From: Dicyema japonicum
Taxonomy: Eukaryota > Animalia > Dicyemida
DNA length: 64,000 bases
Assembly: GCA_011109175.1 (NCBI GenBank)
Contig: RDEW01000002.1
Coordinates: forward strand, 2,210,997 to 2,274,996
Direction: 5' to 3'
The notes beneath the pieces are model-generated. The model saw only the letters and a list, made by a program, of their open reading frames with translations, made no database searches and was not told where the DNA came from. The position numbers and the translations under genes were made by a program. Positions 1 through 13,510 of the stretch are shown here, in pieces; positions within the stretch are counted from its first letter, which is position 1; every line of letters starts with the position of its first letter.

Positions 1-800
1 ATCAGGACCATTGTTGGTTATATCCTTAATAGCTAAATCGTATAATCAAGTGAATTTTTTAGTGAAATGCTACAGAGGGGGATATGATAAGAGATGAGTG
101 TCCTATGGTTTCTCGTCTTTTCTCTCTTGAACTTTGTTTCATTCCACTTACTCAGCTCTCGCCAAGGAGGAAACCTTGTGATCCTCGACAACCACGAATC
201 CTATTTTCGGCATAGGTGATCCCTTTCATACCCACCACACCCATTAAATCCACGTACGTCTTCGAACATGATTTTGTTTGGTTCAAGGGAAGCTTGATAC
301 CTGCTTTAGATCTCGCTTGGACAGTCTCCATAACAGCACCATGTGTGGAAGAGCTATTTTGTCTTTTTATTTTGGGTCAGAGAGTATCCCTGACATCATG
401 AGGACCACTACATCGGATGCATCTTTAGGTGTTCCAACAGAATCGGACAGTGTGGCCATATCTCTGACAATAATAGCATCTAATCAGGGGATTCCTGGCC
501 CACTTACAGAGATTCTCTCCCATCCATTTGAGACTAACGAAACGAACGAAAGATAGAGTTTTCCCCTTGAACAAAATAGTTTTTTTCTAACAGGAGTATC
601 CCCATCCGGCTGTAAAACTCACTGTTTGAACAATCCGCAAATGTTGTATTTCGAAATGTTCTTTATGTTTGGATGACTTTTCCCTCTGACTAGTAATTGG
701 TCTATCTTCGAAGGCTTGGTTTTACTTGGCGGCATGTCATGGGGTTCTTTCCGTGCTATCACTTTTTGTAATTTTCCTAGCGAATCAACTCAATATATAA
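1..800 (-). mobile_element. Non-LTR retrotransposon ORF1 (gag-like) remnant with CCHC zinc knuckles
   Basis: Minus frame at about 478-385 reads RCYYCQRYGHTVRFCWNT*RCIRCSGPHDVRD (CX2CX4HX4C followed by a second knuckle). Stops and frameshifts present; outer limits approximate. Confidence 0.7.
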
Positions 801-1288
801 AAAAACTAAATTTTAGAAAAAAAGACAAAGAATGATATCGTGGAACCAATATTTTAGAAAAATCAATACAGTTCTTTTGCTAGACTATAAAATAAAGTCG
901 ACGTACATGAATGTCTAAATTGCTCCATTACGGATGAAACCATTGTCTCCTCTTCCAAAATGACTAATGAATATCACAGAATAAAGAAATATCGGAAATC
1001 CGAACAAGCGAGCCCAAATTCCACCCCAAATCTAAAAGAGTGGGTTCATTTCTGCTGTCCCTGTAACTCTATGCAAACCCCAAAAACAAAACCTATTTTT
1101 TGTGCCTGTTACAGTTTATCAAAAGACTAAGTGAAGTCAATGGAACACAGCTAAAATCTTACGAATACATTTTATGAAGTGATTATTATAAAAAGATTAG
1201 TAGTTAACTAAAATGTTATCTTATAACCTATTTTGCTAATTTTGTCTGATAAAAGTCCTTATGCTATTTTCAAATCAGAAAATTACAA

Positions 1289-1385
1289 TTATCCAGCTGA
1301 GAAGATGGAATGACAGTTTTCCTTGACAACTGCCAGAGAAATCCTTTGGAACAACAAATCATCCCACTTGATCAAATACTGTATT
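1289..1385 (-). mobile_element. CRE-clade LINE 3' end remnant
   Basis: Minus frame LFQRISLAVVKENCHSIFSAG*, the same C-terminal motif as the other CRE copies in the window (QRISxAxxRGN). Confidence 0.6.
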
Positions 1386-1504
1386 CAACTTATGCAATTT
1401 CTCCACTAGACTTCCATAAATTATGTCAGAGTGGCCTTATTATTTTTTCGATTTTTCGTGATTGTTCAATGAATTTCCATTCTTAATTCATATTTTTTAA
1501 ATTA

Positions 1505-2262
1505 TTATTTTTTTAACAATTAAACAAATGTCAGTTGAGGAAGCCTGCTGCGTGGATTGCGAACGAGTTCCCTCGGAGTATGGCTATTCCAATCTTTTGT
1601 CTTAGCAATAACCCTTCTCGTTGATCCCTTTTCTTTCTGGCAAGCAATTCTCCGAGTTCTCGCAAGAACCCAGCCGTCATTGGATCAACGGCTTCCGATG
1701 ATTCGGTCGCAACAGGAGTAAATCGGTAGCGATCCCCGAGGTAAGAATATTTCTTGATTTTTAAATTCTCCGCAGTCGAAGCAGCTGCTCCAGGTGTCTG
1801 AACCGATATGAAAATATTCGTGCTTGAGAACGTGTCTACAAAAGTTGCGTCTCAGACCAAAGATCTTCCAGACGTGAAGGGGAAAAGAGTCATCCCGTCA
1901 GGTCTCTTTCCATCTCCTCGATCAAGACCCACTGGTTCAACCTGTGCTGGGAAGCATGTAGCCTTCAGAACTCTGACGATCACATCGTTCAGAGCAGCAT
2001 GACGTGGTCCCCTTCCAGCGCTTCTTCTGCAGGACAGCGGGTGCAATCCCTTCGCATCGACTGTTTTCTTGCATCGGCATCGATGCTCCTGGCAAACGTC
2101 TAGTCCCAGTCTTTGTCCGATTCCAATCCTCAAAGAATCGTCGTCCAAAAAGGTTTGGGCAAGGTATTGCACCAAGCCATGCTCCACTCCCTCCACTTGA
2201 AGCTGACATCAAACAAGCCAGACGATGTTTATTTGCTTCTTTTTTAAGGTCTTCCAAAATTT
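1505..2262 (-). mobile_element. CRE-clade LINE, 5'-truncated (zinc finger + restriction-like endonuclease), family A
   Basis: SGAWLGAIP...[67 protein letters not shown]..; ends QKIGIAILRGNSFAIHAAGFLN* followed by an A/T-rich tail. Confidence 0.85.
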
Positions 2263-2361
2263 TGGAGCAGACAATGTTATCCCATGCTCACGATCATGCT
2301 CACGATATAGGCATGATCACGATCATATAATCCATGGCTTCCTTTCGATATTTTTTAAATA

Positions 2362-3370
2362 CAGTGAACCCTCATTAATCCGAACAAAAAATATGGGTGC
2401 CTTTCGGATTGTGAAGGTAATTGTATTGGCAAACATTCTACATCGGACTCCCCATTTCCAGCATCAATAATTTCATCATCTACATTATAATTTTCACAAA
2501 AAAGGATGACGATTTCATTCTTGTAGAGCGTTTCTGTATGAGTTATTTTATCCTCATTAGCAAGTTGTTCCAGTTCTTTTAGGTACAGCAGGATCTTGCA
2601 TGATATCTTCATTAGCAAATGAATCAAGACATTTTGTTGTCCCTGTCTTTATGAAACATTTTTTATTGTGTCTTCTTTTACTTCATTCCATACGTGAGAT
2701 ACAATAATGATGCCTTCCGTAAATTCAAAAAAAATTCATTTCCAAATCAAGGGTTTCCATATATCCAAAATAAGCCCTTTTCTATAATAATGCTTAAAGT
2801 TCTGTTTTTTGGAAAAAATAAAATTTCAATGTTTTCAAAAAATTTCGTTAAAATCTTTTTACCAAATACTTTAGCTTTTAAAATAATGATACATTCAGTA
2901 ATAAAACACTAATTTGATCGATCCTTAAAATCCATTCAACAAGTGAACTATAAAGTTGATGATGTCTACCACAGGTTGTATGAACTTGTTAATCATAGTT
3001 TCAGTTTTTTCAATTTTCACGATTCTTAAGAATTTCTGAAAGTGTCTAAATTCCCAAATAAAGATTCATTTTTAATTTACAGATATGCGTTAATCTGAGA
3101 ATCATTTTGACGTATTTTTTATTTCAAATTTCTTTTCTGTGCAATAGAATTTTCGGTCCTCTTTCTATCCATGTGGTACTTTTAGATTTTAAATTTAAAT
3201 TGTAAATTAATCCGAATTTTTCAATAAATTTCTTTCGGATTGCGGTTTATGAAGTTTTGGCTTATTGAAGCCTGTTTGTATGGAATCTTCGTAAAATTTT
3301 TCTGAATCATTAAAAATCCTGATTATTGATGTTTTCGGATTATTGAAGTTCGTTTAATGAAAGTTTACTG
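2362..3370 (-). mobile_element. Internally deleted Tigger/pogo DNA transposon
   Basis: Imperfect TIRs CAGTGAACCCTCATTAA and CAGTAAACTTTCATTAA, with TA on both flanks. Internal sequence is homologous (inverted) to the 4913-7572 copy. Confidence 0.8.
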
Positions 3371-3380
3371 TACACTATAT

Positions 3381-4600
3381 CCTGTGGCTCCCTAAGTTTA
3401 CCAACAATAAAACTATTTACTAAGTATAGACAATATTTGTTAGTATCCAAATTAAATAAATTATTAAAAAAACATAAAAAAAACAATTTATATTCCCATT
3501 ATCAACTTAGTTACATCCGACACAATATTTGACTATAAGCGTAGATCGTCTCTATTGACAACATCAAGTCTATTCCTCGTTTTTGTGAGTAATACAACTT
3601 TACTGAAGCCACATTCCACCAAATAGGTTGATGAAAAAACAATAAAAAATTGAGCTCTCGTCCACAGATTATGATATTTGTTTGGCAAATCAGTGCATAT
3701 CCAAAAATTTCCTTGATGTTTATCAAAAGCTTAAATTACCAGATGGTCAGACTGCAAATCTATTATGTCTTCTTGTATCTCGATCTCAACTGTGGAAGGT
3801 TTTACATTGAAAGGATCAATAATCCATGGCGGAATGACTAATTTGAAGAGATCAATATATCGTGTTTGAAAAATTGTTGACATATTCTTAAGATGATCAA
3901 TATTCAAGTTTTGTTTGAAATGATTTAATAGAATCCTTTCAATGAATGAGATCGATATTTTTTCCTTGTAATTTTTTGTAAAGTTTTTCGATTTTTCGAT
4001 AATATCAACCAAATAGAATATATCGGCTTTAGCAGTAATAAGTTTTTCAATGAAACCTTTTCTCTCATAAACAAACCTATTGAGTCTCAAAAAAACAAAA
4101 CAATTCAGTCAATTTCCCTTTGAGAGCCACCTTACAGTCGTGTGCAGAACTAATGTTGTAAAATCTTCATTTTCTTTACATGATAATCGAAAAAACGATC
4201 CAAAATTTTACATAAGGAGAGAATCGTTATCTGGCAATATAGTTTCGTCTATATGTAATGAAAAGTTTGTATTTCTCAGCAAATGTATTAATTGAGACTC
4301 GATTTTTTGTTAATTTAAAAAAACCTTATAGCGTTTTTCAAATTCTACAACAAGGTAACTGATAAATGCAGTAAAATTTTCAAATTAACCAATGGCATTT
4401 TCGCTCAAAAAATGAAATGTGTCGTATCTTTGAGTGCTATTTGATCTCTCCAAAGATTTAATTTCGATATAAAAGAATCAATTGTTCCACACTTCGATGA
4501 TAAATTTGTGTTGCTCCTGTCGAGTTTTTTTCTCCATGAAATAATTTCTTCATGAAGTTGGCTAAAAGCAGCCAAATATTAGTCCCAGAATCTTCCAGAA
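3381..4600 (-). mobile_element. hAT (Buster/Charlie; SCAND3/ZBED-like) transposase remnant
   Basis: ORFs 3731-4090 (..RYIDLFKLVIPPWIIDPF..EIQEDIIDLQSD) and 3511-3726 resemble Buster transposase C-termini; degenerate CAGTGGTTCCC-like end near 3381. Confidence 0.7.
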
Positions 4601-4654
4601 ATTATAAAATTGTAGATCAAGGGAATTGATAATTAAATTAACTGTACATAAAAC

Positions 4655-4850
4655 GCATAAAAAATATAATTAATTAACACAGCCATCCATCCATCCAAAG
4701 AGGACCTATCACGATTGCAACAGAGATCAACTGGAGAAGTTACCGGGTCTCACGCGCGTCGTGGCTTTTCAGTGTAGTTAGATGTCCAAGTTTCTTTAGG
4801 AAGCAAAGCGATTTTCCACTAATTCCTCTAGTTGTCTCGACCACGATCGG
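4655..4850 (-). mobile_element. CRE-clade LINE 3' end remnant, family B
   Basis: Inverted homologue of 14700-14915; VETTRGISGKSL..LLQLISVAIV motif. Confidence 0.7.
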
Positions 4851-5054
4851 ATAGAAAAATTATTTAATATTCCCAAGTTATATTTAAGTTTAACCGAAAT
4901 CAGTTCTAAATGCAGTAAACCCTCATTAATTCGAACTTTAATAATCCGAATTTTTTGATGAGTTAGCGAAATTTTAGTTTCCTTACAAACAGGCTTCAAT
5001 AAACCGAAACTTCATAATCCAAAAGACATTTATTAAGAATTTCGGATTAAATTA

Positions 5055-5853
5055 CAGTAAAACCTCTCGAATCCGCCGCATGTTTTCAAAAAATACAAAA
5101 TTCCCTATGAGAAATTCTCGAATCCGCCAATTTCTCCAATTTGTCGCATTTTTAAAAATAATTTTTCTTCATTTTCTTATTATTAAAAAACTGAAAAAAA
5201 TTGAACTCGAAAATCATAAACCGAGGCATATAAAGAAATAAGCCTTAAGGATGCTATAATTTATACCTATCAAGCATGAAAAAAGCTAAATAGTACAAAA
5301 ATTATAAACTGTTTTCGTCATGCTAAATGGACCGAAGATTTTATTGAAGAAATTATTGACAAGTTTCCGCCTGAAGCTTATCAAGAATTCGTGTCAAAAC
5401 TGCAAATAAATGATCCAATTCCAGAAGATGAGTTTTTTCTCTATGAGTATACAGAGAATGAAGAGATCTTGGAAAATTTGGATGAAAATGACGATGAAGG
5501 TGAAGAATCCATTAATGAAGGAGAACAAAAGAATGAACAAGTCATTTTAGACTATGATGCAATGAATGCTGTCTATACATTAAGGAAGTACTTTAAACAG
5601 AAATATGAAGTTAACTAAAATGTCTTTAATCTCCTAGATGATGTTAGTGGAAACATCAAACGAACATTAAAACAAGAATAACTGATTATTTTAAAGGAAA
5701 TTAATGTTTTCAGTTTTAATTAGTCTTTAAAATTAAAAAAATCAATTTTATTAATTTATGAAAAATTCAAATTTGCATCTCGAATCTGCCAAACTCTCGA
5801 ACCCGCCATAATTTCCCAGGTCCCAAAAATGGCGAATTCGAGAGGTTTTACTG
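5055..5853 (+). mobile_element. Non-autonomous Tigger-like element (799 bp) nested in the Tigger above
   Basis: 23-bp TIRs CAGTAAAACCTCTCGAAT(C/T)CGCC with a TA target duplication; acidic transposase C-terminal remnant at 5391-5618. Confidence 0.9.
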
Positions 5854-6107
5854 TATTTTGTTTTTATCAAATTCAAATAAATTAACATTGAAATGTAAAA
5901 TCTGACAATACCACATGGTTAGAAAGAGGACATAAATTTCTATTGCATGGAAAAGAAATATTTGTGAAATAAAAAAGTCATCAAAACTGAATCTCAGAGA
6001 ATTATCCCATATCTGTAAAATAAAAATGAACCTTTATTTGGGAATTTCTACACTTTCATAAATTCTAAAAAGCAGTGAAAATCGGAAATTTGTGAAACTA
6101 CGATTAA

Positions 6108-6434
6108 TCGGGTGCATAGTGGTTAGATGTCGGGCTTAAGTGGCTTATGCTACAGGTTCGAATCTCGCTGCTGTTCACCTGGTGGAAGGTTCCACGCATC
6201 TACGATGCAGAATTGGTTTGACGAGTGACTCCGTCATCAGTGGATACTCACTACGGAACTGGATTGTCTAGAAAGGACACTCACACAAGAAAAAGAAAAA
6301 AAGAGGTGAAGATTATTCCTTGGTTCTACGATTAGTTAAAATTAACTGTTCTTTACTTAAATAAAGTGTGTGTCCTGCCTATGCGGAGCTATAAATACTA
6401 TGGCTCTCGTGAAAAAGCTTTATTATTATTATTT
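6108..6434 (+). mobile_element. tRNA-derived SINE, apparently full length
   Basis: Pol III A-box-like TAGTGGTTAGA and B-box GGTTCGAATCT (6155-6165); (TTA)n tail. Homologues at 13215, 19765, 50940 and 59890. Confidence 0.8.
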
Positions 6435-7881
6435 ACGATTAACAAGTCAAGACATTGGTAAACATCATCAACGTGATAATTCACTTGTTGAATGGATGAA
6501 ATTACTGGTTGATGATTTCATCATTTCACAGGCTAAAGTATTTGGTGAATAGCTTAGAGTCGATGATCTCTAATTTAGTAAAGGCTATACAGATTTAAAG
6601 GGAAATTTAATCTTAAACTAAAAGTTCTCTATGGAAAAGCTTACAGCTTAACACAAGATGATGCAATTAATTTCAATAGACAAAATATGATTTGTTAAAA
6701 AAAGTTGACCATGACGTAATGGTAAACGTGGATGAAACTAGACTTTTTATTCAATCTTACCCATCAAGAACAATTTCATATAAATATGATAGAGGCATAA
6801 AGCAATCAAAAGTGAGGATCACTATAGCTCTGTGGTAACTGGAACAAAAAAAATTAATCCTTTTTTATTGGCCATAATAAAAAACCAAGATTTTAAAAAG
6901 ATTTTGACCTTTAAAAATATTGTACTATGCAAATAAAAGGGTTTAAAAAACAACAGTAATTTTTTATGTTTTCATCAGTCATCTTAGTATTAAATTACAA
7001 TGTTCAGAAAAAGTTCTTTTTACTGATTAATAATGCTCCAAGTTTTTAACAAAATTTTTTGATAATTGAAATTTTATTTTTTCTTAAAAACACAATTTCA
7101 CATCTTAAACCATGGATGCAGGCATAATCAAGAACTTTAAACATTATCATAGGAAAGGGGTTATTTTGGATAATACGGAAGCCCTTGATTTGGAAAAAGA
7201 ATTTTTTGTGAATTTAAGCCATCATTGTGGTATCTCACACATGAAGTAAAAGAAGACCACAAAAATTGTTTTAAAAATACTGAGACAATTAAACGTCTTG
7301 ATTAATTTGCTAATGAAGATTTAATGCAAGATCCTGTTTTGATTGAGTACCGAAAAAACTGAACTTGCTAATCAATAAGAAATAACTCAAACAGATGGGC
7401 TCGACAAGACGAAATCGTCATTCCTTACCAAGATTATAATTTCGACGAAGAATATTGGTGCTAAAATGGGAGATTATTAATATATGAAAACTTAAATAAA
7501 TTAATATATTTATTCCCTTCACAATTCGAAAGGCATCCAAATTTTTTAGTTCGGATTAATGAGGGTTTACTGTATTTTGTTAAATTTTAATAACTAAACG
7601 AGTAAGGTAATCCCTATCCTCCTCTTAGAAAAGTGTGTCATTCACTCCCTGTTATTCCCCATCTCCACCTCAGATTCAATCGAAATCTATCTTTCTGTTG
7701 TGTCCAACCCATATTTATGCTGGTAGGGTAACTCTAGCCATCTTCTAATCATCTTCCACAGTTCCCACTTCATGTCTGCATCCATTAAGAATACTCTCTG
7801 CTGTCTTCTTAATCGTGACAGCCTATAGGCGTTCCATGTCAAGGATTATTGGTTCATCCATACATTTGAACATAATAGAGC

Positions 7882-8760
7882 CGTGGTTTCCAACCTTTTT
7901 GAGAGCACGCAACTCTATCGACATTTTTCATTTTATACGGAACCCTTATAGTTTTTAACAATTATCAGTATTTTACTAATATAAAAAATAAAATGCTAGT
8001 TAGTGAGATGGTTGAGGCTGACGTCTCTTGCATAGCTCTGTAACCTTGACAGTGATAAACGCAGGTCTTCTTCCACATACAGTAGGTTCGAGAGTTTTAT
8101 ATACTTTATATTTGTTAATGCAGAAAATTCACTTTCATAGAGATAAGTCGTTGAAAACTGGACCAAAACTCTTAATGCTTTGTTTGACAGAATACGATAT
8201 TCTTTTTTGACAATCAGCCAAAACGAATCAATATCAAGCTGTAAATATTTCATTTTTAACGTTCTGTCACTTGAAACAAAGTTCTTCTTCCTCTTTTAAT
8301 GGTAGCTAGTTTCCAGTTATTTCGTACTCAGCAAAAGGATTCCTTACCCAATCATAGAGTTCAATTGATATGGGTGGAAATTAATTATTCGTACATGTAA
8401 ATAGTGACTCCAATTTGTGGAACAAATTCTTTAAAATTTTTTTCTTGCACATGACGGAACATTTACAAGTTTTCATTCAAATGTCGCTTCCATATTTGTA
8501 GTTTTTTCAGAAAAGCAGTTATTTTATCTGCGCAACTCAATAGATTTCTTTTTTCATTTGTGCTAAAATGGGAGTAACATGCTCCCACCATGGGTATAAC
8601 TAAGAAAAATTCAGATGAAATTGATCTACACTGGTTGTCTTCGATGGTATGCATGCAATTTACATGAAGTTTACTACCAGATCGGTTTTGTGGATACCGC
8701 AGACGTCTTATCCGTATTAAAATTCATAAAGATCTTGGGACTGTGACGAACAAAATCGAA
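7882..8760 (-). mobile_element. hAT Buster (ZBED5/FAM200-like) transposase remnant
   Basis: FWLIVKKEYRILSNKALRVLVQFSTTYLYESEFS..VEEDLRLSLS; ADKITAFLKKLQIW; CCGTGGTTTCCAACC end. Confidence 0.85.
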
Positions 8761-8999
8761 AATGTAAATGAACTGAATGTTTTCAAAAATCGCCTTCTCA
8801 ATGAGAGCGTGGAAGATTTCAACATGAAAGATTGTCCACCGTGTCGCAGAATCGAAGAAAAGATAACTTTCTTTTAGTTGTGTTTTGCAAAATAATCATA
8901 ACCCACTTTTTGCAACATTCGACCTACCGTCTCTGATTGTTGCTGTAAGCCTTTTATCCGTTTTTTATTTAAAAATATCAATTTTACGCGTATTTGTTG

Positions 9000-9545
9000 A
9001 AATATGTAGGCATCTATCAATCAAGAGAACGCGATGCGCGTGTCTAATGACTGGAAGATGCCAATAGAGTAACGTTTGGGTCAATGCCTTCCAATCGGGA
9101 CCCACCTTGACGAAGATACTACCAGCATCAATATCTCCCTTAGACTTACACTGAAGACTTGCCACACTCAGAAATACAATTGCGGTGGTACCGTCGACTG
9201 TTATGGACATCATGCCCTTTCTTGCCGGAGGAGCGCAGAACCATTCACAAGACATAAGGCGATTAACGGAATTGTGATGCGAGCCCGGGAGTCTGCTGGC
9301 TACTCCTGCATATTAGATCTCACAGACCTAAACAGAGGATACGGAAAGCGACAGCACAGCCAACAATCCTTCTGTTCGGCGAAGCCTTTAGTTTGGGATA
9401 CAACATTTTCGACTCACACTTCACCAAAATCATCAATAGCGCGATAAAGACACTTTCCGCTCAGAGAAACCATAGCTAAAGAAAAGTTAGTCTTCATAGC
9501 TGTCAGAGGAGAGACGGCGAATCAATAAAGTCTGCGGGAATAAAA
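9000..9545 (+). mobile_element. CRE-clade LINE 3' fragment
   Basis: LPIGTHLDEDTTSINISLRL..CGGTVDCYGHHALSCRRSAEPFTRHKAING..LVWDTT. Confidence 0.8.
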
Positions 9546-10759
9546 TAATTATTTTCTAATTATTATACGCACTTTCAATGTCAAAAGACGTGACAAAGCG
9601 TTTGCAACAAACTGGTTAATGTCTTTTATCGCTGAAAACTCGTTGCCATATTCCGCGGCGATTCGGGACTTCTCCGTTCTTGAGGTCTTGCCTTCGGTCA
9701 AGTACGGTAACACGAAGCGTCCTGAACAAGTTCCGCAGCTAACAAAAAACCTAAATTATCAAACAAAGTGCAATTTTCAATAACAAGATCAGAAAAAACT
9801 AAATAAAACAAATTTTAAAAAATGAAACGCTTCATTGAACAGAGGTAATATTATTGTGACTTACTAATTTATAATAAAGACATAATAAAGATCAGAACGG
9901 CTTACTTCGTAAAAGGCGAAGGATTTAGTTAGTTTGTTAGTTAAGTAAATCTAGCCACACTAACTTGTAGGAAACCAAGAGCTATTAAATAGGACGCCGC
10001 AGATGCCTGTCACTCCTATAGATCTGTCAGTCCCGGCATTATAGACGAACGTTGTGCATATTCATGACAATCAAATTGGTGACTTGATTTAACTTGTAGA
10101 GGTCACAAAAGTGACAGAGGACATTGTACGTTGGTAGAGAGTTGGTGGTACTCACGTCGTAGACGAACCAGCTTTACTGGGATATACCTCGAAGAGAGGA
10201 TTCTGATTGGGTATTGGAGGAGGTAACTGGTGTAGTACTTATTATCATCAAGTCTTTGATGGTTCTCTTAGAAAAAATTCATATATCTGTGTTTCAGACA
10301 ACTCTGGTCATTGGTGGAAGGGGTGGATGATAGCATTCGAGACAGGTTGTCATAATAATTTTTCTTTAGTTTTGAACTTTGAAAAAAATGACAAGGACTT
10401 TGGTTAAGGCAGATGCTCGAAATGGCAGTAATCAGAATAATTAAAAATAATTATTTAATCTACAAATTCGAACATTCCTATTAGCACAACAGATCAGTCT
10501 TAGAGATTCCAACACCTCCCCAGATCTCAAACTTTGTTCCCCAAATTTGTCCACATCTGTATCCTTTAAGTCTATTATGATCTTCCATCTGACCACAACC
10601 CTAACGACCCTTTATTTCCCCGAAACTTATACAGACTAATTACTTTAACTATATAGAGCACGTTGGGATTATTAGATATCAAGACTGCCAAACTGATCCC
10701 AATCTCCCCCAGGGTACCAGTCAAAAACTGAAAAGACTTTTCAAGTGGTGCCAGTGACT

Positions 10760-12830
10760 TGATGGATTTATCTTTTTTATTAGCCACCTCAAGATGTCCA
10801 CTTCCCCCGCCATCCAAAAAGAAATCGAAAGTCAGGGAGTTTCCATTTTATCAAATCGATATAACTCATGAACCTCCCCGTGCCTGTGCCAATATTAACT
10901 CTCCCGTTAATTACCCATCAACCACGGACCCTGAAACATTCCTACGTCTCATCTCTGAATTATGTTCTTCACGGACTATCCCTGTAAGGATTCCCAAGGC
11001 CTTACGATCTGTCGTTGCGAAGGCCCTTTCTAAAACGATCGAAGATGCCATCCGGACTAACGCAGTACATGATTGTATGCGCTTATTCAGTTTTGCGCCT
11101 TCCGCACTGGAACTTGATTAAGATGGTCACGGAAACGAGTCTCTCGCTACCACCATGAAGACCAACATTCGCTTTTTTTTGGGAGATATCCACACACCCA
11201 GCTGTCCATGGCTTCTAACCGTACGAGGGAGACACGTGGTCAGAACGAGGAAGTAGAAGTGCACCGTCTCAAGAAAACTGTTCGGTTGATGTTAATCGAA
11301 GGTGGCACCCGCGCAGCCATCAGGGCACTTTCCTCGAGTGGACAACGAAAACGACTCTATACGCCTACAATACTTTACTGAACAAGCATCCACTGCCACC
11401 CAAAACTTACGCAAATTCGTCCCCCATCCGGTGTGAGTCCCCTGATTACATCAAACGATGAAGTTCTTCTCGCAATACGGAATTTTGCCTCTAGTAGCAG
11501 TGAATGAGACCTGGCTACCTGAAGGATCTAACCTCTTTGTCCGTAGGAGACCAGAGACTTGTCTTACGAATTCAATTACTTCACTTATGAATCGGATCAT
11601 GTCTGGAGTTCTTCCCGAATTTATCCAGCATGTCCTGTTCTCCGCTAATTTGATAGCCTTTTATAAGAAGGGCGGAGTAAGATCAGTGCGGTCGGGTTTG
11701 TCTCAGAAGAATGGCGCTAAAATTGCCTCCAGACAATCTATTCCACTCGTCACAAAATTCTTGAACCCCCTCAAGTAGTCGTCGGTATTGCTTGGGAGAG
11801 GCCGCTGTCCATTCAGTGAGGACATTTAAACCACAGTATAAAGATTCCCGGGGACATGTCCTGGTCAAACTGGACATCAAAACGCCTTCAATAGTCTAAG
11901 GAGGGACAATTCCTGGAGGCGTGTGTTGAAAGATGCCCTAATATTTTCGAATTTGTCAATCAGTCATACAGCCTACCTTGATCTTTACTTTTCGTGGACT
12001 ACCTAATCCATTCGTATTCTGGAGTGAAACAGGGAAATCCCTTGGACCCCTATTGTTTTGTCTAGTAATAGAGAAAATCACCAAACTTCCTTGCTCGCCC
12101 TCAACCTATGGTATCTGGATAATGCGGTCCTCGGAAAACCCCCGGATACTGTTTTCCGGGATTTGGAAGTGATAATTCCAGCACTGTTGGAGCTGGACTG
12201 GAATTAAATTACACTAAATGCAAAATCTACAATTGCGGAAATTACGAAGAGAAGTATTCAAAAGCTTTGTCATGTTTCGGAAATTTACTCCTGGAAGTAT
12301 TTCCACATCCGATGAAGAACTTATATTCCTCGGATCCCCAATCACCATAAATGCAATGGGAAGAGCTATGCGTGAAAAAACGACTGTTACTCGGAGAGAC
12401 TCTGGAGCGCTTGTGTATACTTGACATGCATACAGTATTATTCCTCCTGAAAAACAGTCTCAACCCTGTCAAGAAGAATTCACAGCATCCAAAGAGAAAC
12501 GTCGACAAGAAGTTGAGATCTGAAGCTGGAATGCTAAATCCGAAAGACGAATTTCAAGAGGATGTGTAGAAATTGATATGCCCAAGACAGAAGCGGACCT
12601 GATTGTATTTTAAAAGCCCGATGGAAAAAGTCAAACAAAAAGTAAGTTGTGCAATCTTTAGAGACGAGCGAAGGAGTTGATGCGCAAAACCCAGATAAAA
12701 CTGATGAGTAGTAGTAAAGAGTAACATCTAGTACCCACATCACTCGGAGATCGCTAAAAACTTGCCGATGAAGTAATACCTCAATTACGGTCCTGGCAAT
12801 GACTACATAAAGATGAAGATATTTAAAGAA
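10760..12830 (+). mobile_element. CRE-clade LINE reverse transcriptase core, decayed
   Basis: RIPKALRSVVAKALSKTIEDA..RLFSFAP; ANLIAFYKKGGVR; VKLDIKTPSI; GKSLGPLLFCL. Many frameshifts. Confidence 0.8.
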
Positions 12831-12849
12831 GACCCAATGACTTTTTTGA

Positions 12850-13100
12850 AATCCCTTCGATTTATCTTTGATGACAGTATTAAACTTGGCACAACCTTTT
12901 CTGGTGGAAACAAATAGTTGTCAGGATTGTGGCCAAACCAGGGAACCGAAAAGATCGGCTAAGTTATTTTCCCATAAGTCTGATCTGCACTATTGCCAAA
13001 ACTATGGTGGATGGTCCACAGGATACTGTCATATTGTAGAAATGAATGACCTCTTTATTAACCAACAATATGGTTTCCGACTTGCCAACCCGTTCGTGAC
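12850..13100 (+). mobile_element. Jockey/I-like LINE RT fragment
   Basis: RIVAKPG..ISLICTIAKTM..INQQYGFR; similar to 38540-38890. Confidence 0.55.
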
Positions 13101-13214
13101 TCTTTTTTCTAAACTTTGAAATAACCAATCGATAGATTTCAAAAGTTGTTTACCTTTACATATCAACGGCATTCTGTGTAGAACGAAGTAAAACTATGCC
13201 CTCTATATGAGACA

Positions 13215-13510
13215 AAGTGTATGACAGGCAAAAGGCCTAATGGCCTTTAGTTCGAATCATGCTTCTGTGTACATTGGGACTGAAGGTGTCACGCATCTAC
13301 GGTGCTTTGTTTTGACAAGTGACGCCGCCATCAGTGAACATCTCAATGTGGAACCGGAATCATAAAAAACAAAAAAGTACAAAAAAGTGAAGAGCATTTC
13401 TTGGTTCACCCTCTACGATTAGTTATGATAAGTGTTCTTTTCTTGAAATAAAGTGTCTGTCTTGTCTGGGAGGAGCGATATCTAATATAGCTCTTCGTAA
13501 AGTCTTTTAA
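13215..13510 (+). mobile_element. tRNA-derived SINE, diverged copy
   Basis: Colinear with 6108-6434 (TAGTTCGAATC, CACGCATCTACG, CCATCAGTG, CTACGATTAGTTA, AAATAAAGTGT). Confidence 0.75.

Larger units (their letters stand above)
4913..7572 (+). mobile_element. Decayed Tigger/pogo transposon carrying nested insertions
   Basis: TIRs CAGTAAACCCTCATTAA at both ends. CENP-B HTH remnant at about 6470-6620; DDE remnants NVDETRLF..SKVRITIAL, KVLLLINNAPS and PMDAGIIKNFKHYHR at 6720-7150. Confidence 0.85.

Noticed and set aside
6108-6180. tRNA gene
   Set aside because: A/B boxes are present but there is no complete cloverleaf, and the sequence continues into a repeated SINE body. The same applies at 13215 and 51040-51115.
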